64,000 nt of DNA from Lachnospiraceae bacterium (GCA_022510525.1 JAFLTH010000004.1:3248-67247), one strand, 5' to 3'. Counted from the stretch's first letter, positions 18,384-28,544 are shown. The notes: a model not told the origin generated them from the letters alone. Program-made: numbers and translations.

Positions 18384-19751
18384 TTAATATTTTCCAAAAT
18401 CATCTCCAAGTGAAATCAACTGTTCGTTAGCACTGGAGATAATGTTTGCTGTCATGCCTGACGAATATGAACCGCTTTTAAATGAAATTGCAGAGTCCGA
18501 ACCAAGATTATATGCTGAAAGCAGCTCTCTCATTCGGGAAGCCTGACCTGAAAGTTCTTCACTGGCTGCCGCACACTGCTCACTTGTAGCAGAGTTAGTC
18601 TGAACTACCTGAGATACCTGTGTTATGGCCTGCTCAATCTGTGCTACCGCAGTTGCCTGATAATTGGAAGATTCTGCAATACCGTTGATAATCTTCTCAC
18701 TATCCTGCACAACTCTGGCAATTTCTTCCATAGCCTTGGATGTATCATTTACAATTCTGGAACCCAAACCAACTTTACTGATTGAATCCTCAATTAAGTC
18801 TGCTGTCTCGGCAGATGCCGCAGCACTCTTTGCAGCAAGGCTTCTTACTTCTTCTGCCACAACCGCAAAACCTTTTCCTGCCTCTCCTGCTCTTGCAGCC
18901 TCAACTGCCGCATTCAAGGCAAGGATATTGGTCTGGAAAGCTATATCGTCAATTGTCTTGATAATCTTGGAAATATTTTCAGAAGACTTATTGATATCCT
19001 GCATAGCAGACATTGTATCCTGCATCTGCCTGTTTCCTCTTTTAACCTCATCAATTGCCTTGGCAACCAGAGAAGCAGCCTCATTGGCCTGCTCGGCATT
19101 CTGTTTTGTCTTATCGGCAATCTCATCAATAGATGCTGTAACCTCTTCAATCGCACTTGCCTGCTGTGTTGAACCCTGTGCCAGAGACTGGCTTGCGCTT
19201 GCAACCTGAGATGCACTGATGGTAACCTGTGAACATGACTCACTGATGTTGGTAAGTGTACGCAGGTTATCGGAGACCAGCTGTTTCAAGGAATTACCCA
19301 GAACATCATCGTTGGAACTCGGATTAACTTTAACGGTAAAATTACCCTGAGCCAATTCTTCCGCAACACCTGCCTGATATTTGATATTATCAATTACTTT
19401 TTGATAATCATCTACCAAATCTCCAAATTCGTCATTATGAAATTTAACCATATGGATATCGTTTACACGTCCCAAAGCAATTTCCTTTGCCACATCGCCC
19501 ATTTGTTTAACGGATTTTTCAATTTCCTTTATAAGGGCAAATGCAACTACCAATGCAATAACTATGGATACCGCTGTGATTCCGTATGTTACAATAACCG
19601 AAATATTTGCAACCGTTTCCAGTCTTTCAAGGTCTGTAATCTTAGCCTGATATTCCGTGAACATATTATTGACTATCATGTTGACCAGTATCAGAACAAC
19701 CGGAACCGCAAATCCAAGTATTAATTTTGTTTTTATCTTCAGGTTTTTCAT
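18384..19751 (-). CDS. Methyl-accepting chemotaxis protein (2 TM, HAMP, no ligand-binding domain)
   Basis: [34 protein letters not shown] signalling tip; C-terminal DFGKY. Confidence 0.95.
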   Translation of the reverse strand: MKNLKIKTKLILGFAVPVVLILVNMIVNNMFTEYQAKITDLERLETVANISVIVTYGITAVSIVIALVVAFALIKEIEKSVKQMGDVAKEIALGRVNDIHMVKFHNDEFGDLVDDYQKVIDNIKYQAGVAEELAQGNFTVKVNPSSNDDVLGNSLKQLVSDNLRTLTNISESCSQVTISASQVASASQSLAQGSTQQASAIEEVTASIDEIADKTKQNAEQANEAASLVAKAIDEVKRGNRQMQDTMSAMQDINKSSENISKIIKTIDDIAFQTNILALNAAVEAARAGEAGKGFAVVAEEVRSLAAKSAAASAETADLIEDSISKVGLGSRIVNDTSKAMEEIARVVQDSEKIINGIAESSNYQATAVAQIEQAITQVSQVVQTNSATSEQCAAASEELSGQASRMRELLSAYNLGSDSAISFKSGSYSSGMTANIISSANEQLISLGDDFGKY

Positions 19752-19771
19752 ATTTCACACCTCTCCCAATC

Positions 19772-20308
19772 TTATTCTTCATTATTCATTTCGTTTGCCT
19801 GTTCCACAACCGACAAATCTTCATCATTTAATAACTTATCCGGATCAAGCAGCAATTTAACGGTATCCCCAACTTTACCTATACCGTATACATATTTATT
19901 ATGTCCCGACTTATCCGAACGTCCTATAGTCGGAGGCGGAAGTATGTTTTCATCCTTAATTTCAACCACCTCTGCTATTTTCTCCACAATCAGTCCTACC
20001 ATCATAGACTTTATATTAATAACAATAATACAAGTCCTGTCATTATACTCAAACGGCTCCTGTTTGAACCTCAGTCTAACATCAACAACCGGAATAACCT
20101 TTCCTCTCAGGTTGATAAGACCTTTGATATAATCCTCGGTCTCGGGTATTGCAGTAATTGCCTGCAGCTGGATAATCTCATTCACATACTGGATTTCCAG
20201 TCCGAAATACTCGTTGCCGGATTTGAAGGTCATATATTTGCCCTTTTGTGCATCATGTTCATTAGCAGCGGCATTATCTTCCTCGACCTGCCTCTTCATT
20301 TCTTCCAT
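19772..20308 (-). CDS. cheW: CheW coupling protein
   Basis: KGLINLRGKVIPVVD; start moved to MEEMK (GAAAGGG RBS) to avoid overlap with cheA. Confidence 0.95.
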   Translation of the reverse strand: MEEMKRQVEEDNAAANEHDAQKGKYMTFKSGNEYFGLEIQYVNEIIQLQAITAIPETEDYIKGLINLRGKVIPVVDVRLRFKQEPFEYNDRTCIIVINIKSMMVGLIVEKIAEVVEIKDENILPPPTIGRSDKSGHNKYVYGIGKVGDTVKLLLDPDKLLNDEDLSVVEQANEMNNEE

Positions 20309-20337
20309 ATGATTACCGTCCCTTTCTACTTTATATT

Positions 20338-22515
20338 TTACTCGATTAATCCGGCAGCATCCAGTATAAGTGCTATGCTTCCGTCTCCAAGCTGTGTACA
20401 ACCGGACAGTCCCTTTACTTTCTTAATATAAGAAGGTATGGGTTTGACAACTATCTCCTGTTCTCCTACCAGTTTGTCTACAAAAAGACATACCTTTTTA
20501 CTTTCCACTTCCAGAATCAACATAACTCCGTCTTCAACGGCTTCTTTGTATTCGGTCAGACCGTACCATTTACCAAGACGCAGAACCGGGAAGCATTCTC
20601 CCCTTATCATAATATATTCCTCGCCGTTTGGTTCATGAATCATCATATCTTCCGTCACACGGACAAATTCATTAATTGCACCGGTCTCCATAACAAAAGA
20701 GGATTGACCTACTTCCATTACAATACCGTCAATGATTGCAAGTGTAAGAGGAATCTTCAGGCTCATAATACTTCCGGCGCCCTTTTGGCTTTCGATTTCC
20801 AGTGAGCCGCCTATTGCCTGAATGTTCTGAACTACCACGTCCATTCCTACTCCACGTCCCGAATATTCGGTAACCACTTCGTTGGTAGAAAAACCGGGAA
20901 GCGTTATAAACTGGAATACTTCTTTATCTGTATAAGCACTATCCGGCTTATTGTCATCCAAAAGACCCTGACGTCTTGCCTTGGCCACTATCTTCTCCCT
21001 GTCAAGACCGCCACCGTCATCCTCTACACTGATCCACACCTTACCGGCCTCAGTCTTAGCGGAAAGAGTAACCTTACCTCTTTCCGATTTACCGCTGGCA
21101 CGGCGTTCTTCCTTACTCTCAATTCCATGGTCTACGGAATTTCGCACAATATGCATCAACGGATCGGATATATGCTCAATGATGTTCTTATCCACTTCCG
21201 TCTGTTCCCCGACCATGACAAAATCTATGTCCTTACCAAGTTTTCTGGAAACATCGAAGACTATACGGTTCATCTTCTGGAATGTATTTGCAAGCGGAAC
21301 CATTCGCATTGACATAATAACATTCTGTAAATCGGTAGAAATCTTGGCAAGCTGAGCAGCTGCCTTGTTAAAGTTATCGAGGTTAAGTCCCGGAACTTTA
21401 AGATCCGGATTCTGTAATACTACCGATTCCGAGATGACCAGCTCTCCTATAAGTTCCATCAACTGATCCATCTTACTTAAGTTTACGCTGATAAAAGTAG
21501 CTTTTTCCGCCTTGGGTTTATCCTTTGCCAGCTTCTTCTGCTTACCGGGCTCCTTGGACTCAATAACGAAGTCACCGGGTGCAAGCGCCGGTTTGGCAGG
21601 CTTCTTCTCTTCTGCGGTTTCTGCTTTTGCACTTTCCTGCACGCGGGCTTCAATTTCCTCAACGCTGGATTCAAGATCGATCTGGGAAGCCGGTGCTACA
21701 TATTCCATGTCAAAGCCTTGCAAAAATTCATTTGCAGTGCATTCTACGACATCGACTTTTTCAATATCGTAACCTACTCCTATAATCTCACGTAACTGTG
21801 CTTCGTCCGCCTGAGACTGCAGCAGTATCTTGAAACCTTCCTTTAGAATTACCTCTCCGCTCTCAGGATTGGAAAGAATGTCCTCCGGAGAATACAATAA
21901 ATCCTCCGCGACCTCCTTTAAGGCATATACTGCCTTATAAGCATGGATATTGGACATTTCCGTATCCGGAAAAAAGTATATATAAATTCTGTAAAAATGG
22001 CTGGCACTTGTTGCCATTGGTGCTATATAAAACTGTTTAGGCTCCTCATGCACATTCTCCGGTGGTTCTTTTGCTGCTTTTTTACCGCCCTTGGAATCAC
22101 CACCGCCGCCCTTAATCTCTTCAAGAAATTTGTCCAGAGTCGCTATGATCTGACTGGCATCACCATCCGCAGGATTTCCGTCACGAATCTTATCCATCTC
22201 GTTTGTTATGAAATCCGCTACCTCCAATACATGATCCACCAACTCCAGATGAGGTACATTATCCGGATGGGATTCTCTCAGATAGTAAAAGACATCTTCC
22301 AGCTTATGAGCTATAGCCGTGATTTCATCAAACATCATGATGCCCGAAGAACCTTTAATGGTATGCATGGTCCTGAATATTTCATTTATACTGTCTTCAT
22401 CAAAACAGTCTGCATCTTTCTGCTCAAGAACCATATCCTGCAATTGTTCAAGCAGCTGCCCGTTCTCAAACAGATACATATCCAGCATGCCGTCTGTGCT
22501 AAATTCTTCCGCCAT
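20338..22515 (-). CDS. cheA: Chemosensory histidine kinase CheA
   Basis: Hpt FRTMHTIKGSS, HIVRNSVDHG, DDGGG, GFST, SGRGVGMDVV, C-terminal CheW domain. Confidence 0.97.
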   Translation of the reverse strand: MAEEFSTDGMLDMYLFENGQLLEQLQDMVLEQKDADCFDEDSINEIFRTMHTIKGSSGIMMFDEITAIAHKLEDVFYYLRESHPDNVPHLELVDHVLEVADFITNEMDKIRDGNPADGDASQIIATLDKFLEEIKGGGGDSKGGKKAAKEPPENVHEEPKQFYIAPMATSASHFYRIYIYFFPDTEMSNIHAYKAVYALKEVAEDLLYSPEDILSNPESGEVILKEGFKILLQSQADEAQLREIIGVGYDIEKVDVVECTANEFLQGFDMEYVAPASQIDLESSVEEIEARVQESAKAETAEEKKPAKPALAPGDFVIESKEPGKQKKLAKDKPKAEKATFISVNLSKMDQLMELIGELVISESVVLQNPDLKVPGLNLDNFNKAAAQLAKISTDLQNVIMSMRMVPLANTFQKMNRIVFDVSRKLGKDIDFVMVGEQTEVDKNIIEHISDPLMHIVRNSVDHGIESKEERRASGKSERGKVTLSAKTEAGKVWISVEDDGGGLDREKIVAKARRQGLLDDNKPDSAYTDKEVFQFITLPGFSTNEVVTEYSGRGVGMDVVVQNIQAIGGSLEIESQKGAGSIMSLKIPLTLAIIDGIVMEVGQSSFVMETGAINEFVRVTEDMMIHEPNGEEYIMIRGECFPVLRLGKWYGLTEYKEAVEDGVMLILEVESKKVCLFVDKLVGEQEIVVKPIPSYIKKVKGLSGCTQLGDGSIALILDAAGLIE

Positions 22516-22555
22516 ATCCTTCTCCTTTCCCACATAGTATATTATAATTCCTTAA

Positions 22556-22948
22556 TCAGATTAAGTCCAGTTTTTTAAGAGCCTGCTCAAATCTGTCCTG
22601 ATCGATAGGCTTACCGGAATAGATAGTACAGCCTAACTCAAAGGCCATTTTTACGTTAGCCTCGTCATTAAGAGCGGTGGTCATAATAACCTTAACCGCC
22701 TTATCCTCCGGAATGTTCCTTTCTTTTTCCAGATTACGGATACCTACAAGTGACTGATATCCGTCCATAACCGGCATCATAACATCCAGACACACCAGAT
22801 CATACGGTTCTCCGTCCTCCAAGGCCATCATAAATGCGTCTACCGCTTCCATACCGTCAACGGTAACATCACATTCACCGTACTTTGAAAGAAAATTCAC
22901 CATAAACTTTCTTGTCACAAAATCATCTTCCGCTAATAAAATCTTCAT
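22556..22948 (-). CDS. Single-domain response regulator (CheY-like)
   Basis: AEDD...LDVMMP...MTTA...KP. Confidence 0.88.
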   Translation of the reverse strand: MKILLAEDDFVTRKFMVNFLSKYGECDVTVDGMEAVDAFMMALEDGEPYDLVCLDVMMPVMDGYQSLVGIRNLEKERNIPEDKAVKVIMTTALNDEANVKMAFELGCTIYSGKPIDQDRFEQALKKLDLI

Positions 22949-23002
22949 AATGTATCTCCTTTACATTTTATTTGAGTTTTTAATTTATTTAAATAATTAA
23001 AT

Positions 23003-24034
23003 TTACATATTATGCAATAAAGAATATACCCTCTTGGGAATATCAATTAACTTTTCCTGATATTCTACCGCACCCAGTTCATATGCGACCTTGGGCATTC
23101 CGTAAACCACGCAGGAGGATTCATCCTGACCTATGGTCCTTGCCCCTGCTTTTCTCATAGAAAGCAGCCCTTTGGCTCCGTCACCGCCCATACCTGTAAG
23201 GATGATTCCCAGTGCATGTGGACCGGCCGCTTTGGCCACAGATTCAAACAACACCTCTACTGACGGACAATGTCCGTTCACTTTGGGACCGGCTTTGACT
23301 TCCACCTGGTAAGAATCGTTCATTTTAACAAGGTGCATATGTTTGTCACCTCCCGGTGCAATCAACATATGTCCCGGAAGAACACGATCTCCGGTCTGTG
23401 CTTCCTTAACCTGTATATGGCATTGATCGTTAAGTCTCTTGGCATACATCTCAGTAAACTTAGGCGGCATATGCTGTACGCATACAATGCCCGGAATATC
23501 GGTTCCAAACTCCTTCACAACCGAAAAAATCGCCTCCGTACCGCCGGTGGATGCTCCGATTGCCACAACCAGATTGTTCTTGGATACCGTCGGCAAATCC
23601 TGCTCACGTTGATTCATCACAGTCTTTTTTATATTGCTTATCTTAGCTGTCGATGCAATCTTAACCTTTACAAGCAGTTCATTCTTTATAAAATCCTCAA
23701 GCTGCGCCCTGTTAGAAACCGCAGGTTTGGCCACAAAGTCCACAGCTCCTGCATTCAATGCATCAAATACCTTGTCGCTCAATGAGCTTATTACAACTAC
23801 AGGAAGCGGATACTGCGGTATTAGCTTCCGCAGGAATTCTATACCGTTCATTCTCGGAAGTTCCACATCCAGAGTCATTACATCCGGTTTATGCTCCAGA
23901 ATCATGTCTCTTGCCTCAAACGGGTCTCTTGCTGCAGCTACTACCTTTATTGCCGGATCTTTGCTCAGATTCTGAATCAGCAATTCTCTAAATACTATTG
24001 AATCTTCTACTACTAATACCTTGATTGGCTGCAT
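23003..24034 (-). CDS. cheB: Protein-glutamate methylesterase CheB
   Basis: REC domain plus GASTGG, QHMP, LTGMGGDGA, VVYGMP. Confidence 0.97.
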   Translation of the reverse strand: MQPIKVLVVEDSIVFRELLIQNLSKDPAIKVVAAARDPFEARDMILEHKPDVMTLDVELPRMNGIEFLRKLIPQYPLPVVVISSLSDKVFDALNAGAVDFVAKPAVSNRAQLEDFIKNELLVKVKIASTAKISNIKKTVMNQREQDLPTVSKNNLVVAIGASTGGTEAIFSVVKEFGTDIPGIVCVQHMPPKFTEMYAKRLNDQCHIQVKEAQTGDRVLPGHMLIAPGGDKHMHLVKMNDSYQVEVKAGPKVNGHCPSVEVLFESVAKAAGPHALGIILTGMGGDGAKGLLSMRKAGARTIGQDESSCVVYGMPKVAYELGAVEYQEKLIDIPKRVYSLLHNM

Positions 24035-24036
24035 TA

Positions 24037-24858
24037 CTAATTTTTCTCCCTCTTTCTGAATATCGACGGCCGTATAAGCTGAAATGGTGTGCTGCTTCTG
24101 TCAATGGTCTCTGTGGTTCCTATAAAAAGGTAACCTCCCGGCACTAATGCATCGTATATTTTCTGAATCAGTTTACGCTTCGTCTCATCACTGAAATATA
24201 TCATAACATTGCGTAAAAATATAACGTGCATCTTCTTTTTAAAGGGAAATGGGTCCATCAGATTAAACTTTCTGAAAATAACCTCATTTTTCAGTTCATC
24301 AGTCACCTGATACTGAGTTCCGTCCGCTATTGCTCTAAAAAAATGTCTCTTCCAGTTTTCCGGAAGCTTATCCAACTGCTCATCACTGTAAATACCAAGC
24401 ATAGCCTGCTGTAACACATTGGTGGAAATATCGGTTGCAAGCACCTTGGTATCCCACTGTCCCCGCTCCAGTCCGAAGAAATCCATCAACAGCATTGCAA
24501 TCATATAAGGTTCTTCCCCCGTGGAGGCAGCTCCGCACCATATACGCAGATCCCTGGATTCCTGTTCTGTTTTTTTCAGCCACGGCAGCACCGTAGTCTT
24601 CATAAAATCAAAATGTTCAAATTCACGCATAAAATATGTATGATTTGTCGTTAAAAAGTTAACAAGAATTTTTTCCTGGGTTCCGGTTATATCACTTTCC
24701 ACCGCATCCATAAATTCATGATAGGTTTTCCACCCGTTCTTCATCACATAATTCTGCAGTCTTCCGTTTACTATGACTTTTTTGGATCCCAGTTCAATAC
24801 CATAGCGCTGCTTCATAAAAACCGAGATTCTTTGTAATTCGTCATCTGTCATTTCCAA
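24037..24858 (-). CDS. cheR: Chemoreceptor methyltransferase CheR
   Basis: TTNHTYFMRE, WCGAASTGEEPY, ATDIS, RNVMIYF. Confidence 0.97.
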   Translation of the reverse strand: MEMTDDELQRISVFMKQRYGIELGSKKVIVNGRLQNYVMKNGWKTYHEFMDAVESDITGTQEKILVNFLTTNHTYFMREFEHFDFMKTTVLPWLKKTEQESRDLRIWCGAASTGEEPYMIAMLLMDFFGLERGQWDTKVLATDISTNVLQQAMLGIYSDEQLDKLPENWKRHFFRAIADGTQYQVTDELKNEVIFRKFNLMDPFPFKKKMHVIFLRNVMIYFSDETKRKLIQKIYDALVPGGYLFIGTTETIDRSSTPFQLIRPSIFRKREKN

Positions 24859-24896
24859 CTTCTTACTCCCCCTGTTGCGTCATAGTATATACAAGT

Positions 24897-25937
24897 TCAG
24901 CAGAACTGTCTTGAAATCTTATCACATATAACAAAAATATCTTTTCCAAACTTCCTACCGGCCTCTTTTCGCATTATTTCAAGAGCTTCTTCTCTGGTAT
25001 TCATTTCCTTCTCAGTAAGGGAAGTATATCTTTCCATCACTGATACGATCTGTGCCGCAAGCGGTATCTTATCAGCCTTAAGTCCCTCCGGATATCCGCT
25101 TCCATCCCATCTTTCATGGTGATAGTGCGCAATTTCAATGGCTGTACTTATAAACTCATTATAATCACTGTTTACATAAAGGTCACTTATCAGTCTTGCA
25201 CCAATATTGGTATGATTCCGAAGTATAAGTGCTTCCTCATCGGTAAGTAATGCTTTCTTGAGTATATCTGTCGGGATGCCTATATAACCGATATCGCACA
25301 ATGGTGCCGCAAGCTCTATCGTATCCACATACGTATCGGAAATCTTATCATCATATAACGGTGAAAGCTGCATACCCTGCGCAAGTATCCTGCAGTTTTT
25401 CCTGAGACGCTCCATATAGCCCGCCTCATAATTGGCATTTTGCACACTTATATTCGTTAAAGCGTATAGTATATTTCTTTTTTCAAGCTCCATCTGCTTC
25501 AGCTGCTCTTCCACCGAAGTCTGAAGAAGCCTGTTTGTTTCCATTAGTTCTTTTCTGGCCTCATACAAGCTCAGGCGGATTCCTACGCGCGCCTTTACCA
25601 CTTCGGGAATAAAGGGCTTGGTTATATAGTCCTCTCCGCCACTCTTGAAACCTTCAACAATATCTTCCTTATTACCAAATGCCGATATGAATATAACCGG
25701 TATACTATTTAACTCATTATCCTTTTTGAGTTCCCTGCAAAGTTCATATCCGCTCATACCCGGCATTGAAATATCAGTCAAAATAAGCTGAGGCATATGT
25801 TCCTTAGCCAATTCCAAGGCCTCCTGCCCGTTTTCCGCAAGAAGGGGGAGGCAGCCCATGCCTTTTATTATCTCTTCAAGAACCAGCCTGTTTGCTTCAA
25901 CATCATCCACGATAAGAATTTTCTCGTTATGCAACAT
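24897..25937 (-). CDS. Response regulator with degenerate HD-GYP domain
   Basis: Intact REC (VDD, TDISMP, KP); HD replaced by CD (LCDIGY); HHERWDGSGYP retained; ADVYDAL replaced by MERYTSL. Confidence 0.85.
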   Translation of the reverse strand: MLHNEKILIVDDVEANRLVLEEIIKGMGCLPLLAENGQEALELAKEHMPQLILTDISMPGMSGYELCRELKKDNELNSIPVIFISAFGNKEDIVEGFKSGGEDYITKPFIPEVVKARVGIRLSLYEARKELMETNRLLQTSVEEQLKQMELEKRNILYALTNISVQNANYEAGYMERLRKNCRILAQGMQLSPLYDDKISDTYVDTIELAAPLCDIGYIGIPTDILKKALLTDEEALILRNHTNIGARLISDLYVNSDYNEFISTAIEIAHYHHERWDGSGYPEGLKADKIPLAAQIVSVMERYTSLTEKEMNTREEALEIMRKEAGRKFGKDIFVICDKISRQFC

Positions 25938-25946
25938 ATTAACCTC

Positions 25947-27380
25947 TTAACCTAAAACCGTATTCAATTCCTCATACTCGGCATTCACCTTCTCGTAATT
26001 CTCTTTCTGTACTGCCATTTTTAACCTGAGGATAATGCGGGAAACCTCGCGCGGCGCTCCGTCCGAAAGCTGCCTTATTGTATCCATAAACATCTCTGCT
26101 TTTTCCCAGTTTTCCATTTCCACACACAAAATCAGTTTGGAGAGGTTCTTCTTAAGAGCCTCTATATTCTCCGGTGTGCCGTATTCTATTGCATTACCGG
26201 TATCATCTGCTTCTTCTTCTGCAAAAGATGACCTGAACATCGCCGGACGTACCGAGTTGGCATCATCCTGTGACAGTGCTGCATTCTCTTCTTCACTTAT
26301 TCCTACCCAGATAGAGAAAGAAAAGGTTGTTCCTTTGTTTTTCTCTCCCTCTGCCTCAATTTTACCCCCCATAAGCTCTACAAGCTGCTTACAGATATTA
26401 AGTCCGAGTCCCGTACCTCCGAACTTCCTCGAAATCGATGCATCTACCTGTGAAAAGCTCTGGAACAATTTATCTTTATCTGCCTTATCAATTCCGATTC
26501 CGGTATCTTTTACAATAAAGAATAATTCCATCTTATCCTTTACCCGTGCCGTTCTGACAACTTCCAGAGTAATCTTACCCACATTGGTAAATTTCAGGGC
26601 ATTGGATAAAAGATTATTAAGTATCTGAACTATACGCAGTTCATCCCCTATTATATTCTCAGGTATCTGAGGTGATACAGTCATAAAAAACCTGAGACCT
26701 TTTTCGGTTATCTTATTGATATGCTGGGCTTTCACATAATCCAGCATATTGCGGAAATTGAACTGGCGGGGCTCCAACTGAAATTTTCCTGCTTCCAGCT
26801 TGGAAAAGTCCAGTATGTTATTAATAATCTTATTCATATCGCCGCAGCATCGTTCAATCAGTTTAAGCGGCTTAAGTGTCTGTTCGTCCGTAACGAACTC
26901 AAGGAGTTCTTTCACATTACCAAGCACTCCGTTTACCGGTGTCCTAAGCTCATGAGTCACATTAGCGACAAATTCGGACTTTACCTTCATTGCCTCCTGT
27001 GCTTCCTGCTTAACATGTTCGATTTCCCTGCTTAAATATTCCTTTTCCAGGGTATCGTTGGCCATGCATATATATGAGGCTACAGCTCCTTCATTAAATA
27101 TAATCTTAGTTTCAACAGGGAAACAGGTCAGGTTCTTGCGATAAGCCACCAGATTCTGCAGTTCATGCCCGAAGGGATAATCTGTCTCAAAGCCAATCTC
27201 CGCAGACTTAAAAGTATTGGGAAAGATGTCGCTGACATTGCGGCCGCACAATGCATCTCCATATTCAAGTTTCTTCTTGGCCGCATCGTTTGCATAACGT
27301 ATAGTACCCGTACGGTCAAATATAAAAATTATCTCCAGCGCATCCTCTATCGGAAATGCACCTATCTCGCTCCACTCCAT
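25947..27380 (-). CDS. Cytoplasmic sensor histidine kinase (PAS-like N-terminus, helical C-terminal extension)
   Basis: HELRTP, NNLLSNALKFT, DTGIGI, FQSFSQVD, GGTGLGL; no TM; GGGGAG RBS before ATG 27380. Confidence 0.9.
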   Translation of the reverse strand: MEWSEIGAFPIEDALEIIFIFDRTGTIRYANDAAKKKLEYGDALCGRNVSDIFPNTFKSAEIGFETDYPFGHELQNLVAYRKNLTCFPVETKIIFNEGAVASYICMANDTLEKEYLSREIEHVKQEAQEAMKVKSEFVANVTHELRTPVNGVLGNVKELLEFVTDEQTLKPLKLIERCCGDMNKIINNILDFSKLEAGKFQLEPRQFNFRNMLDYVKAQHINKITEKGLRFFMTVSPQIPENIIGDELRIVQILNNLLSNALKFTNVGKITLEVVRTARVKDKMELFFIVKDTGIGIDKADKDKLFQSFSQVDASISRKFGGTGLGLNICKQLVELMGGKIEAEGEKNKGTTFSFSIWVGISEEENAALSQDDANSVRPAMFRSSFAEEEADDTGNAIEYGTPENIEALKKNLSKLILCVEMENWEKAEMFMDTIRQLSDGAPREVSRIILRLKMAVQKENYEKVNAEYEELNTVLG

Positions 27381-27404
27381 TATATGTCTCCCCCTGATAA
27401 TACT

Positions 27405-27443
27405 AAAAAAGGCAGCAAAAAACATCACGTTCCTTTGCTGCCT
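27405..27443 (-). terminator. Intrinsic terminator inside the signalling cluster
   Basis: AGGCAGCAAA/TTTGCTGCCT stem followed by a T run on the minus strand. Confidence 0.7.
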
Positions 27444-27455
27444 GTATTCAATCTA

Positions 27456-28544
27456 TCATGAAAAATCAAACATATGAATTACTTCTATAACGTTGAAGAA
27501 ATCTTCTTTGGCAAGCGAGAAACATTCCAGCACATCCGGTGAGAACTGACCACACTCACCTTTCATTATCATATCATACGCTACGCTGTTGGCGTATGCA
27601 TCCTTATATACCCTGTGGCTTACCAGCGCGTCATAGACGTCTGCAATGGCAACTACCTGTGTATATATCGGAATATCTTCTCCTGCCAGACGGTCGGGAT
27701 ATCCCTTACCATCCCATCTTTCATGATGATAACGGCAAATATTGTAAGCATAACGGTAAAAATCACTCGACTTATCTTTATAGCTTTTCTCAAGTATCTC
27801 ACAACCAATGGTTGTGTGCTTCTTCATAATTTCAAACTCTTCCCTCGTAAGTTTACCCGGCTTAAGAAGGATTGCATCGGGAACGCCTATCTTACCGATA
27901 TCATGCAGTGTGGCGGCTCTTGAAATCTCATCAATCTGTTCCTGTGTAATACCGTACTTAGGGAAGTATTTCATAAGATATTTCATCATAATTCTGGTAA
28001 AATACTTGATTCGTCTTGTATGTTCTCCGGTCTCGGCACTTCTTGCCTCAACAACGGAACTCAATGTCTCAATCATAAACTGATTGTTCTCGCGGATCTT
28101 CTTATCCTTGGCAATGAGCTCTGCTTCCTGTTCCTTTAAGCGTTTCTCCATATCACGCTTATTCTGGTACAGCTCTATGATATTCTTACTTCTTCTCTTA
28201 ACAATATGTGGATAAAAAGGTTTATGTATTACATCTGCAACGCCATATGAATATGCCTGATCCTCACTGTCAAGTGCATCCTCGCTTGTAATGAGTATGA
28301 CCGGAACCTCATCCAGCATATCCTCTTTGTGCATATACTCTAACACACCGAAGCCATTCATAATAGGCATTACAATGTCCAGCATCACAAGATCCATATT
28401 CGGATTTTCCTTGAGTCTTGCTATCGCTTCTTCTCCATTGACTGCCTCAGTCAACTCGTACTTCTCACTCCGGAACATCTCCTTAAGTATTTCTCTGTTT
28501 ACTTCTTCATCATCAACAATCAATAACCGTAGCTTATCTGCCAT
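27456..28544 (-). CDS. REC-HD-GYP cyclic-dinucleotide phosphodiesterase (RpfG-like)
   Basis: REC plus ETGEH, LHDIGK, HHERWDGKGYP, ADVYDAL; AGGAG RBS before ATG 28544. Confidence 0.92.
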   Translation of the reverse strand: MADKLRLLIVDDEEVNREILKEMFRSEKYELTEAVNGEEAIARLKENPNMDLVMLDIVMPIMNGFGVLEYMHKEDMLDEVPVILITSEDALDSEDQAYSYGVADVIHKPFYPHIVKRRSKNIIELYQNKRDMEKRLKEQEAELIAKDKKIRENNQFMIETLSSVVEARSAETGEHTRRIKYFTRIMMKYLMKYFPKYGITQEQIDEISRAATLHDIGKIGVPDAILLKPGKLTREEFEIMKKHTTIGCEILEKSYKDKSSDFYRYAYNICRYHHERWDGKGYPDRLAGEDIPIYTQVVAIADVYDALVSHRVYKDAYANSVAYDMIMKGECGQFSPDVLECFSLAKEDFFNVIEVIHMFDFS

